Below, piece by piece: positions 1 to 9,805 of a DNA stretch of 64,000 nucleotides. This DNA is from an uncultured Chloroflexia bacterium (GTDB taxonomy: Bacteria > Chloroflexota > UBA6077 > JACCZL01). Position 1 is the stretch's first letter. The number at the start of each line of letters is the position of its first letter. Both the position numbers and the translations under genes were made by a program. Location of the stretch: the NCBI GenBank assembly GCA_963765765.1, contig CAVXYC010000017.1:1-64000 (forward strand), in the 5' to 3' direction. The notes below the pieces were generated by a model, which saw only the letters and a program-made list of their open reading frames with translations, was not told the DNA's origin and ran no database searches.

Positions 1-20
1 CACTGTCGTTTTCTCCTGTC

Positions 21-1365
21 CTAGCGATAGGCCAGGAGCTTCTCTTGTGCTCCACGAATGCCTTTTCGTGGATGCTCTGTGGCCGTGAGCCAGTTCTGAT
101 CGCGTTTATGGACGACCCCGCCTGACCGCTGTTCATACACTTCAGGGTGATCCACAGGATACGGACCTCACCCTGGTCGCGTAGCGCCTTGGCAGCGTTC
201 AGCAGGCGCCGGCGAGTTCGAATAACCATGGTGTCGCCCGTCCCAAGTCGCTCCTTGGTCCGATCTAGAATGGGGCCCATCGCCTCGGTAAGCGCTTGGT
301 CCTGTGTATGGATGCCCTGGATACCCGTGTACCCGGCCATGCCCTCATTGCGCTTTTGAACATCGCGGTCAATAAGGAAGTCGTTCCGTAGGTTCTGGGT
401 GATACGCCACTTTCCATACCAATCGCTGGTGGCGGGAAGATACTCGAACGATCCAGCGGGATCCACTCGCACAGGATTCTCTGAATCTTGTTTTGGGGCA
501 CCACCTCCCTGGCCGAACGACAGCGTTTTTGGGGCTGCGAAGCTCCAGAACATCATGTGCTCATCGTCCATCGGAACCCACGCACGCACAAGCACCTGCA
601 CGCCGAGGACCCCCGTGGGAATCATTGTGAAGCATGGAAGAGAAACTGCGCAAAGCGCCAGTAGCACGAGTCTTCCTCCGCGGGGCGATAGGCAGCGTAC
701 ATCGTTCCGTAATCCGTCTCCACGGCGTTGTAGCGCGGTGCACGCTCCTTCACCGTGTAGTAATTGAACGAGCCCGGTTCCTGCTCTTCCGGTTTCAGGG
801 CACCCATATGGAGAAATCCGAGGTGACTGGTGTCAATGTCGCCCTCGAGCGCCTGAGCCCAGTTGCACTCACGAAAAACTTTCTGGACGTTGTATTCGCC
901 CTCCGGAAGCATATTCGGCTCGATGTTCGGCAAAGGTGGCGGTGTCTCGCGGGGGCCCATGTACGTCCAGATCACGCCGCCCCTCTCAACGCATGGGTAC
1001 GCGGTGAGATGAACCTTGTGCTTGAAGTTGCTCTCCGGGGGCTCGTTCGGCATATCCACACACCCGCCGGAGGTGTTGAACTTCCAGCCGTGATATACGC
1101 AGCGTAGGCCATCTTCCTCATTGCGACCGAAGAAGAGCGACGCCCCGCGATGCGGGCAGTTCTCGGCCACAAGTCCAACGGCGCCGGCTGAGTCCCGAAA
1201 CGCAATGAGCTTTTCTCCGAGGAGCAACACGCGCTGCGGCTCGCCGTCTGGCTCAGGTAGCTCCGATGTCTTCAGACAGGGCAGCCAGAATTGCCGCATG
1301 AGATCACCCATCGGCGTTCCAGGGCCCACCCGACAGAGCAGCTCGTTGTCATCTTGACTCAGCAT
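21..1365 (-). CDS. Rieske non-heme iron oxygenase alpha subunit (phthalate 4,5-dioxygenase-like), frameshifted in this assembly
   Basis: MLSQDDNELLCRVGPGTPMG start with AAGGAG RBS; Rieske motif CPHRGA...CVYHGWKF; EGDIDTSHLGFLH iron site. After an indel at ~635 the frame continues (FTMIPTG...WVPMDD...QDQALTEAMGPI). Further indels lie below ~170, so the stop at 21 is tentative. Confidence 0.85.
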
Positions 1366-1745
1366 CGCCGTACTCCTTGCGCTGGAAAAGCTGCGCATTG
1401 AAGTTTGCACTGCACTTGCAAACACTCGACCTGATGGTACTTCCGATGGACGGAATCACCAAGTTATTGGTGGATTCGATAGCAGGATGCGGCGCCGAGT
1501 AGATATCCCAGATGCGAGCGCTGCGGGAATGATCGAATCAATACCCGTAGCGCGGTGGTCTTACGCCTCGCGCTACCGAACACATCTGGTTGGTACGCCA
1601 TTCGAAAGACAGGATCCCGGAGCGCGGGCGCAAGACCACCGCGCTCCGAGGGGCTAGATATCCATTACGGGACCAGAACAGCGGATGTCGAAGTTGGCGC
1701 CCACAATGGGGCGCCACGACGTCCGTTCCAAATTGGCCGGTTCGG

Positions 1746-3027
1746 TTAGGACTGGGCCTGAGTGCGGGCGACGTAGTCACGCCAGCGCGCGAGGAGTCGG
1801 TCCATCTCCGACGGTATCCGCCGGGCCCGAAGCTCTTCTTCGAAGATCTCGCGGATTGATGGATCCTCATCTTCGTAGTCGATGAACGTATCCGCAGCCA
1901 CAGCCGCGACTTCATCTTCGTGATCGTGGTCATGCTCGTGATCGTGGCCATGGTCTTCGTCGTGATCGTGTACATGGTCGTGATCATGATCATGTGTGTG
2001 GTCGTGATCCTGGTCGTCGTCATCGTGATCATGATCGGATGGATGCGATGCGAGCTGCTGGAGCTGGGCCCCTCGGAATCGGATGGCAAGATAGCGAGCT
2101 CGGCCGTTCTCCAGGTTGAAAAGTTGGTTGTACCAGCCTTCACGCTCAACTGTAAGCGTGCCAGGTTGCCAATCTATGCGCTGCGCATGGTGGCTGCCGG
2201 CCCGCCACCTAAAGGAGTATCCCTCGCCTGAGAGGATAAGCACATGCTCAGGCGAGGAGAGTCGGCGCGCTTTCTGATACGTTCCACGCACCAGCTCTCC
2301 GAGATATGCGCCCATATTGTTCGCGGCGAGTGAGATCTCCTCATCCAGTGTGCCGACTCCGGGCTCTGGGTTCGCATGCAAGGTTTGAGTACGCACATCG
2401 GGGACAAAGTTCGTCTCCCAGACATGGTTCAGCCCGCGATGCCAGAGCTTGCCTTCCTGGCTGAAGTAACCCTGGTTGCCGTCAAATCGATCTAGAAACG
2501 CGAAGTCATTGTTGAAAATGAAATCCTGATTTCTAAAGGTCTTCAGCATGCTCGGAAGGTTTGTTACGGAGAAGAGCCGCGCTGGCTCCTGGCCGCTGCC
2601 ATTGAGAAGCTGATACCAGGCATTGAGAGGGATGGCGAAGAGTGAGCCAGCGCTCCACTCGAATGATTGCTTGGGCCCATCGCCGTACCACACGACACAA
2701 TTGCCACGACCCGAGACCACATAAATGATCTCCTCGTACAAATGACGAAATGAACTGGTCTCTCCGCCCGCCGCAATCTCTACCACATGCGCGTCGATGA
2801 GTCCGCCCGTTCCGTCGAGATCGACAATGGCGCCTTTGGCGCCGCGGCGGCTCCAGTTTTGCAGTTCCAGCGTGCGGAGATCCGGAAACGCCAGTCCCCC
2901 GATATACGGGGATGTACTCATCTTCTTGCCATTGCTCGTATGCATCCAGCGCATTAAGCTCCGCTAGATCGCCGTGCTTTGCGGGATGGAGATAGCGCTG
3001 TTCGTTGTCCGAAGGCTCCTGGGTCAT
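1746..3027 (-). CDS. Bicupin protein (distant gentisate-dioxygenase-like) with internal His/Asp-rich tract; one frameshift near 2898
   Basis: ATG 3027 with GGGAGG RBS (MTQEPSDNEQ...YEQWQEDEYIPVYRG) joins LAFPDLRTLEL if one G of the homopolymer run is removed; RHLYEEIIYVVSGRG cupin motif; second cupin HVLILSGEGYS; C-terminal IDYEDEDP.IR..FEEEL. Confidence 0.75.
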
Positions 3028-3121
3028 CAGGCCTCCCTCATCATGAATTGATCGTGGTGCCCTGATGATACAAGGCACCGGAATGACTCGGGCCGATTGA
3101 CCCAACCAAGGATAGGCGCGG

Positions 3122-3811
3122 TTAGAACAGCGACGGCTGCTCAACCTCAGGCTCTATGAGTGCCGGCTGATCGATGGCGGCGGTGTTGACGAGCGACGAG
3201 ACTGGAAAGCTCTCCATCGCCTCGGTCGAGTATTGTCGCAGGAGCTTCAGCACCTGAGTTGTGCGATTCTCTCGATAGTTGAGCCAGGTCGATTCGTCGG
3301 CCGGCTCGATGATCACCGGCATGCGATGGTGGATCTGAGACATCAGCGCGTTTGCTTCGGTCGTGATGATGACACAGGTGTCCTCGGCAGGATTGTCAGC
3401 CGGCGCCTCGGCGTAGAGCCCGGCGAATGCGAATAGCCCGCCGTTCTTCAGGCGAATGTACATCGGCTGTTTGCTCTTGCCACCTGGCGCGGTCTTCCAT
3501 TCATAGAAGCCATCGGCAGGAATGAGACACCGCTGGTAACGCAGGGCGCTGCGAAACATGGCTCGCTCGGTCAAAGTTTCAGCGCGTGCGTTGACCGGCG
3601 GCGGACCTTTCATGGGCGAGCTCAGCCACGGCGGAACGAATCCCCAGCGAGCCAGACGCATCTCCGGGCCGCGCGGTGTATCCACGATGATGGGCACGAG
3701 CTGCGTTGGAGCAACGTTGAAGCGCGGCGTGATGCCGGTTTCGGCGAATTCCTCGAGACCGAATCGTCGCATCAGTGGGCTGGGGTCAGTCAGTGTGTAT
3801 CGGCCGCACAT
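3122..3811 (-). CDS. SOS response-associated peptidase (SRAP/YedK/HMCES family, abasic-site protein)
   Basis: N-terminal MCGRY, RFNVAPTQ, NARAET, GFYEW and IHHRMPVI motifs. Confidence 0.92.
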   Translation of the reverse strand: MCGRYTLTDPSPLMRRFGLEEFAETGITPRFNVAPTQLVPIIVDTPRGPEMRLARWGFVPPWLSSPMKGPPPVNARAETLTERAMFRSALRYQRCLIPADGFYEWKTAPGGKSKQPMYIRLKNGGLFAFAGLYAEAPADNPAEDTCVIITTEANALMSQIHHRMPVIIEPADESTWLNYRENRTTQVLKLLRQYSTEAMESFPVSSLVNTAAIDQPALIEPEVEQPSLF

Positions 3812-3864
3812 ACTTCGAGATTAGACGCAATGTTGTGGACTGTGACGGTCCACGGACAATGTCG

Positions 3865-4008
3865 TTATGTCTTGCGTCGCTCCACGAAATACATGATGAG
3901 CGCAATGACAGCCGCTAATCCAAGCATCCATGGCTCCACCCCAGCAAGGTAGCCAATGATGAACATCATCACGGCCATGAATACGATGATCGGGGTGTTG
4001 TAGCGCAT
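3865..4008 (-). CDS. Small 47-aa membrane protein (below the ORF-track cutoff)
   Basis: Read by hand: MRYNTPIIVFMAVMMFIIGYLAGVEPWMLGLAAVIALIMYFVERRKT*; two hydrophobic segments and a basic C-terminus. Confidence 0.6.
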   Translation of the reverse strand: MRYNTPIIVFMAVMMFIIGYLAGVEPWMLGLAAVIALIMYFVERRKT

Positions 4009-4018
4009 TGAGAATCTG

Positions 4019-4114
4019 CGAGTAACGAGTAGCGAGTAACGAGTAACGAGTAACGAGTGCCGAGTAACGAGTAACGAGTCCTTAACTAATCGTTACTCGC
4101 TACTCGCTACTCGC
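4019..4114. repeat. Heptamer tandem repeat (CGAGTAA)x~9 followed by ~3 inverted copies
   Basis: Direct units at 4019-4080 (variants CGAGTAG, CGAGTGC); inverted TTACTCG/CTACTCG units at 4091-4114. Confidence 0.95.
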
Positions 4115-4117
4115 TTC

Positions 4118-5107
4118 CTATAGGTCCAGCGTCTGTGGCGCGAAGACTTCCTCGAGCTTTACGAGGCGCGGGGTGAGGCCTTGCTCGTGGCTATATTGTG
4201 CAGCGGTTTCCAACGCCTTGAGATTCGACTTCACCCCATAAGGGTATGGGTCATCGCCCAGACCTGCCCGGCCGGCCTCGCTCAGAAGTCCAAGCACGCG
4301 ATGGGTCTCTGACTCTCGCTTGACTTCGGCCAGCACCCCTTCTTTGGCAATTCTGAAAGCATTGAACAGATTGAGCGCTGTCCATGGGTACTTCTCGTAT
4401 ATTGAACGACGCATCACCGTGCAGTGGTTGATGGGGAAGATGCCGGTCTTCCGGAAGTAGCGAACGCTCTCTTCACGCGGGTCCCAGAGCTTGCGTACCT
4501 TGGGGTTGTTCTCGAAATCGACCTGGCTGCGGTCGATTTCACTACCATGCACATACAGCATCGTGGCGTCAAGCTCATCGTCCATCATCATCTGGCCGAT
4601 GTTCTTCTCAAGTGGAATGTAGCTAAATTTCACGTCTGCTGGCGGTCTGAAGCCAGAGTGGCCGCCGTGGCTCCTCGACTCGGTGCGCTCCATGAACCAT
4701 TCCATGTCGCGCGCGTGTACTCCGAATTCATGCTGCAGAATTCCGCGCGACCAGAGCGCCGCGGTCTGCTGATACTCCGGTACACCCATTCGCTTGCCCT
4801 TGAGATCCTCGGGCTTATTGATTCCGGCGTCTGAGCGGATCCACATCCAGTTCTGGAAGAAGTGTCGCTGCGTGAATATCGGCAACGCGACCCAGGGTGA
4901 ATTTCCCTGGGCGGTGATTACCATGAGCGATGAGATGGACATTTCCGAGACGTCGAATTCCTGGTGTGCGAGTTGGCGATAGAAGATGTCCGCCGCGTGC
5001 ATGAACCGGGCGTCAAGGGTGATACCGTCCGGCTTGACGCGGCCCTCAACAACGGGCCGCGAACGGTCGTTTTCGCTGAACGCCATCGTCAATTTGAGAT
5101 CACTCAT
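4118..5107 (-). CDS. 4,5-dihydroxyphthalate decarboxylase-like / periplasmic-binding-fold protein
   Basis: FDVSEMSISS, DLKGKRMGVPEYQQTAALW.RGIL, YFRKTGIFPINH, DPYPYG, YSHEQGLTPR family motifs. Confidence 0.75.
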   Translation of the reverse strand: MSDLKLTMAFSENDRSRPVVEGRVKPDGITLDARFMHAADIFYRQLAHQEFDVSEMSISSLMVITAQGNSPWVALPIFTQRHFFQNWMWIRSDAGINKPEDLKGKRMGVPEYQQTAALWSRGILQHEFGVHARDMEWFMERTESRSHGGHSGFRPPADVKFSYIPLEKNIGQMMMDDELDATMLYVHGSEIDRSQVDFENNPKVRKLWDPREESVRYFRKTGIFPINHCTVMRRSIYEKYPWTALNLFNAFRIAKEGVLAEVKRESETHRVLGLLSEAGRAGLGDDPYPYGVKSNLKALETAAQYSHEQGLTPRLVKLEEVFAPQTLDL

Positions 5108-5151
5108 CACATCCTCCCCCAAACGCAAGGCTCCTGCCTCGCCTCGGCATC

Positions 5152-6072
5152 CTAGGGCGCGCCTATGGTCGGAGTCAATGCGCGCTCAGTGCCCAGTTCA
5201 GCCGACGAAATTGGCCGAGCTGACGAGTAGTTTTCGAAGGTCATCCCGGGATACCAGATGCATCCCTCGCGGCGAATCAGCGGATCGTGACAGTCAGGTA
5301 GCGAAGCGAGAACCGATGCGTGCTGGGACATGACCAGCGCGGAGATAGCTGCGTCAAAGGCGTCCTCTGAGCCAGCGATCAGCTCAGCCCATTGAGCGCA
5401 CAGGCTCGGGTATCGTTGCGCGAAGTAGTCCATTCGGTGATCGGCATTGGACTTGATGACCGGACCCGTCAGAAGACGAGGATAAATCTCGAACGCAATT
5501 GGATGGGCGGGTGAATAGAATGGCCAGATCCGAAATCCGGCCTCATGCAGCTTGAGCAGGGTCACCATGCCGCGCAGGGAGCCTGTGCCAACGGAACCGG
5601 CTCCGCCAATCTGAAAGACGGATTTCGGGCGACGATCCAGCATGAGCTCTGCCTGCCGATAGCCCCGCTCCAGCGCGTCGGCTGGGCGGGGTCGGCCCGG
5701 GCGTCCCCAAAACGGAGGCTCGCAGGCTGCCAGCCAGGATTCGCCTTCTTGCTCCGCTAATCTCCAGAGCTCATGAGCACTGCCGGCCAGATGCTCATCT
5801 AGGAACCAGCCAGGGAAAGAAAACGCGAAGTCTAAACCGACAATCAGGTATGAGACGCGTGAGGCGACGTCAATCAGCTGGCGCGCCAGATCGGCAGCGC
5901 TTCGCCCGTTTTCTAGTCGGACGAGATCTCCCGCTCGGACTTCCGCTAGCCAGATTCGCCTCTCCGATCCCGTGCGAGCGCCTGACCAGTCAACGGCGAT
6001 GCAAGTGGGTTCTGACTCGGCATCCGCCACATTGAACGGCTCGAGGTCGCGGGGCGGCGGATTGCCGACCAT
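5152..6072 (-). CDS. DUF429-like predicted RNase H-fold nuclease
   Basis: IAVDWSG, VGLDFAFSFP, FEIYP, DAFDAAISA and EGCIW acidic motifs; start uncertain. Confidence 0.55.
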   Translation of the reverse strand: MVGNPPPRDLEPFNVADAESEPTCIAVDWSGARTGSERRIWLAEVRAGDLVRLENGRSAADLARQLIDVASRVSYLIVGLDFAFSFPGWFLDEHLAGSAHELWRLAEQEGESWLAACEPPFWGRPGRPRPADALERGYRQAELMLDRRPKSVFQIGGAGSVGTGSLRGMVTLLKLHEAGFRIWPFYSPAHPIAFEIYPRLLTGPVIKSNADHRMDYFAQRYPSLCAQWAELIAGSEDAFDAAISALVMSQHASVLASLPDCHDPLIRREGCIWYPGMTFENYSSARPISSAELGTERALTPTIGAP

Positions 6073-6077
6073 CCGAA

Positions 6078-6947
6078 TTAACTTGCTTTCTGTAACGCGA
6101 GCTTTCGCCGGCGCCGATGCCGACGAGCCGCGGACCACTGGGAAATAACTGGCGGAATTATTGGCCGAATGATTCGGCTCGCCCTGGTGCCGGTGTCGAA
6201 AAGAGCCTGGTGGGCCAAGGTCCAGCGCAGCCCGTACGACTCTCGGATAGAATCTGGCAGCAGTCCCGCGGTGGCGAGGCGGTAGGAGAATATCAGTGGG
6301 AGCTCGAAGACGCCCGCCACCCCGTGACTTAAGCCCAACAGATTAGCGGCAAGCTCGCGCGCGGTGTCGCCCACGGTGATGGTCTCGGACCCGATCATCG
6401 CATCGATGTACGCGGAAAGCTCCGTGCGGTTCGTCGGTAAAAGCTCGTCGGGAATGCCCAGGAGAGGGCCAACCATCATGGCCTCCCTGCAGTACCGGTC
6501 TTGCGCCTCGATGGTCAGTGGCTCGACAAAGAGCTCATACGTGCGCAAGGTAGAGTCCAACAAGGTGGCGTGAACCCAGCGCAAAAGGTCTGGATCGTGC
6601 GCGCTGTAGCTTGTGCCGTGCGGAACATCGCCAGTTGCTGAGCGAAGGTTGCCGTTGATCCGATCGTGGATTCCATTGATGTGATCGGCGACAAGCTGGG
6701 CCTCAGCGGCGCTGCCGTAGGTAAATGCCAGCATCGCGTTGAGCGTGCGCCTGAATCGGCGCATGCGATCGATTGGCGAGGCCCGAAATTGACTGTGCGT
6801 CGCCACAGCCTCTGCTACTAGCGGATGGGCGAACTGCATCAATACTGCCCTTCCCCAGCCAAGGATAACAACGCGCTCAGCATTGAGTCGCCAGGCAATT
6901 CGGTCTGCTTGTTCGGTGTGCTGGGGCGCGGAGTGATCGTGCTGCAT
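6078..6947 (-). CDS. MpaB/DUF2236 oxygenase-like protein
   Basis: RAVLMQFAHPLVAEAVATHS, INGIHDRING, YSAHDPDLLRWVHATL. Confidence 0.8.
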   Translation of the reverse strand: MQHDHSAPQHTEQADRIAWRLNAERVVILGWGRAVLMQFAHPLVAEAVATHSQFRASPIDRMRRFRRTLNAMLAFTYGSAAEAQLVADHINGIHDRINGNLRSATGDVPHGTSYSAHDPDLLRWVHATLLDSTLRTYELFVEPLTIEAQDRYCREAMMVGPLLGIPDELLPTNRTELSAYIDAMIGSETITVGDTARELAANLLGLSHGVAGVFELPLIFSYRLATAGLLPDSIRESYGLRWTLAHQALFDTGTRASRIIRPIIPPVISQWSAARRHRRRRKLALQKAS

Positions 6948-7134
6948 AGTAATTTCTAACGGTTTGGAGGTCCCACAGTCAGATTTCAACTGAGTACCTG
7001 TGCGCCGGCGGTCCCTCGCGGGATTACTTTCCATCACAGCGATCAGTGGCGCATACGCCGCGCCGGTTGACACAACTTGGCCCGGAGCCGTCTACTCTCC
7101 CCTTAGGAGCCGTACGAGAAGCGAGGACACGTCC

Positions 7135-8145
7135 GTGGCCCAAACGTCCATGCCGCGCGTTGCCGTGATCGGCACCGGCGGATCCATCTCCACTCCAGGT
7201 CGAGATAGCCTTGACCTGTTTGAATACAGCGACCATGGCGTGACGCTCGAGATCGATGAGCTGCTCGAGCTCATTCCCGAGGCACGTAAGTTTGGAGATG
7301 TCGTTCCTGTCCGGTTTCGCACGCTTCTCAGTCCGTTCATTAGTCCACGCGACTGGCTCGATCTGAACTCGCTGATCCACGATCTGGTAAACCGCGACCC
7401 CATCCTCTCAGGGATCGTGGTGACCCACGGGACCGCTACTCTTGAGGAGACGGCCTATTTCCTTAACCTTGTGCACAAGGTCAATGTGCCCGTGGTCATC
7501 GTTGGCTCCCAGCGACCGCCGAACGGTCTATCCACGGACGCGGCATTGAATATGGTGAATGCTGTTCGCGTAGCGGGATCCACAGAGGCGCGCGGGCTCG
7601 GGGTCTTGACCATTCTCAACGACGAGATTCAATCGGCACGCGAGGTCACAAAGGGCTCCACCCATCGGCTCGAGACGTTTCGAGTGCACGATCTAGGGAT
7701 GCTTGGATACGCCGATCCTGACGGTCGCATAGCAATTTACAGGGCGCCCACTCGTCGCCACGCGCCCGATACGGAGTTCGACGTCCGAGATCTGGAAGAC
7801 CTTCCACGGGTCGATATCGCCTATTCCTACGCGGGAGCCGATGGCGCGGCGATTGACGCCTTTGTGGCGGCCGGAGCACGTGCGATTGTGAGCGCGGGGC
7901 AAGCGCCTGGTCGAGCGACGCATGACGAGCTGCGAGCTCTTCGCGAAGCGCGGGCGAAAGGTATTGTGGTGATCCAGGCTACGCGGGCTGGAAGTGGTCG
8001 TGTACAGAAACGAGCTCAGTATCGCGATCAGGGGTTCATACCGGCCGACAATCTCAACCCTCAGAAAGCGCGAGTGCTTGCCATGCTGGCGCTCACGGTA
8101 ACCTCGGATATATCTGACATTGAGCGCATGTTCGATGAGTATTGA
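7135..8145 (+). CDS. Asparaginase/glutaminase family protein with variant catalytic motifs
   Basis: TGGSI, VVTHGTATLEETAYFL, GSQRP, DNLNPQKARVL. Confidence 0.85.
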   Translation: MAQTSMPRVAVIGTGGSISTPGRDSLDLFEYSDHGVTLEIDELLELIPEARKFGDVVPVRFRTLLSPFISPRDWLDLNSLIHDLVNRDPILSGIVVTHGTATLEETAYFLNLVHKVNVPVVIVGSQRPPNGLSTDAALNMVNAVRVAGSTEARGLGVLTILNDEIQSAREVTKGSTHRLETFRVHDLGMLGYADPDGRIAIYRAPTRRHAPDTEFDVRDLEDLPRVDIAYSYAGADGAAIDAFVAAGARAIVSAGQAPGRATHDELRALREARAKGIVVIQATRAGSGRVQKRAQYRDQGFIPADNLNPQKARVLAMLALTVTSDISDIERMFDEY

Positions 8146-8296
8146 GTCGGGAGCATGACCGTGGTCGGAATCTTCCCACCATACGGAGCCACCAGAGGTC
8201 AGCTTCCAGCCTCGCGAGAAAGCGGTGAAGACCCCCGCAGCGCAAAGTGCTGGCACCCACGCGACTGGGAGATCAGGACGTTGACGACTGGAGTAT

Positions 8297-9730
8297 GTGG
8301 ACATGCTTGACATCATCATTCGCGGCGGAACCGTGGTCACTCCCCAGGGCGCGGGCGTCTGGGACGTTGGGATTCAGGGTGAGCAGATCGTCGCTGTTGG
8401 AGCGCCTGGTGTCCTCACTGAAGATGCACATCGTCTGATCGACGCCTCAGGGAAGATTGTCATACCGGGTGGTATCGACCCGCACATCCATGCGAAGTGG
8501 CACCTTCCCGCGCCCACTGGTGGTGTGGAGGGCCTGAGCGCCGGTCCCGAGCATGTGAGTATGGCCGCCCTGCATGGTGGCACCACGACGCTGTTGGATT
8601 TTGCCAACTGGCAGCCGGGCGAGACGCTTCAGCAGACCATTGAGAAGCGTGATAGTGACTGGCGCGGTCAGTGTCACACGGACTACTCCTTCCACGTGAT
8701 GCTCATGGGAGATGTCCCACCCGAAGTTCTGGATCAGATTCCTGAGACGATCCAATCAGGCTATCCAAGCATCAAGTTGTTCACTACCGATATCACTCCC
8801 AGTCGCAAGGGGCGAATGGTCCGCTTCGGAACCATCTGGGAAGCTTTCCAGCGCATCGCTCGACATAATGGCGTGGCAGCGATTCACGCGGAAGATAACG
8901 ATCTCGTCATGCATATGTACGAGAAGCTCATACGAGAGGGGCGGACCGGATTCGAGAATATGGCCGAAGTCCATAGTGCGCTTTCGGAAGACATGGCCTT
9001 TGCCCGAGTGCTGAGATTGGCGCGCCACGTGGAGGGCGCGGCGTTGTACATGGTGCACGTAAGCGCCGCGGCCGGGGTGGAGGCGGTATCCGAGGCACGC
9101 GGCCGCGGTCTACCAATATATGGAGAGACACTCCACCACTATGCGTCGTTCTCGAGCGACGCCTATAAGCGGCCCAATGGCCAGATCTACCATACATACC
9201 CGTCACTCAAGGGCGAAGACGATTGTCGGGCCTTGTGGGATGGAATGGCTGACGGGACCATAGTAAGCATCGCCACGGACGGGATCTGCACGCCACTCCA
9301 GGTGAAAGTGCAGGGCAGGCGCATCGACGACACCACAGGCGGTAACGCGGGTGTCGAGCCGCGAGTCGGAATCATGTACACCGAGACGGTTGCGAAGCGG
9401 GGCATGTCGCTGGAGAAGTTCGTTGGTCTGACCTCCACAAATGCCGCTCGCATCTTCGGCCTCTATCCGAAAAAAGGCGCCGTCTCGCCTGGTAGCGACG
9501 CTGACATTGTGCTTATCGATCCCGCCATCGACCGTCGTCTAAGCAAAGAGGACCTGCATGAGACCGACTACTCGCCCTGGGAGGGCTGGCAGATACGTGG
9601 CTGGCCTGTGATGACCATGCTCCGTGGCAGGGTTGTCGTGGAAAATGGTCAGCTGTTGATCGGCCCAGACTACGGTCGCGTGGCGCCGAGAAAGGTCGCC
9701 GACGCAATTCTCTCCGGGCCTGCAGTTTAG
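8297..9730 (+). CDS. Cyclic amidohydrolase (dihydropyrimidinase/hydantoinase-like)
   Basis: PGGIDPHIH, GGTTT, SIKLF, IHAED, VHVS, STNAARIFGLYPKKG, GSDADIV. Confidence 0.85.
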   Translation: MDMLDIIIRGGTVVTPQGAGVWDVGIQGEQIVAVGAPGVLTEDAHRLIDASGKIVIPGGIDPHIHAKWHLPAPTGGVEGLSAGPEHVSMAALHGGTTTLLDFANWQPGETLQQTIEKRDSDWRGQCHTDYSFHVMLMGDVPPEVLDQIPETIQSGYPSIKLFTTDITPSRKGRMVRFGTIWEAFQRIARHNGVAAIHAEDNDLVMHMYEKLIREGRTGFENMAEVHSALSEDMAFARVLRLARHVEGAALYMVHVSAAAGVEAVSEARGRGLPIYGETLHHYASFSSDAYKRPNGQIYHTYPSLKGEDDCRALWDGMADGTIVSIATDGICTPLQVKVQGRRIDDTTGGNAGVEPRVGIMYTETVAKRGMSLEKFVGLTSTNAARIFGLYPKKGAVSPGSDADIVLIDPAIDRRLSKEDLHETDYSPWEGWQIRGWPVMTMLRGRVVVENGQLLIGPDYGRVAPRKVADAILSGPAV

Positions 9731-9805
9731 GCCGATTGGCCACCGATCACGTTCCCAACCAGCCTCGGGGCCGCACCCCGTACGGGATGCCACCCTGCTT
9801 CGCGG

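Noticed and set aside
1915-2045. GATCGT/GATCAT hexamer periodicity as a DNA-level repeat
   Set aside because: Explained by alternating His/Asp codons on the minus strand; the overlapping Val/Ile/Met-rich and Thr-rich ORFs are shadows.
4019-4114. Heptamer array as CRISPR
   Set aside because: Units are 7 bp with no unique spacers, and no cas genes are present.
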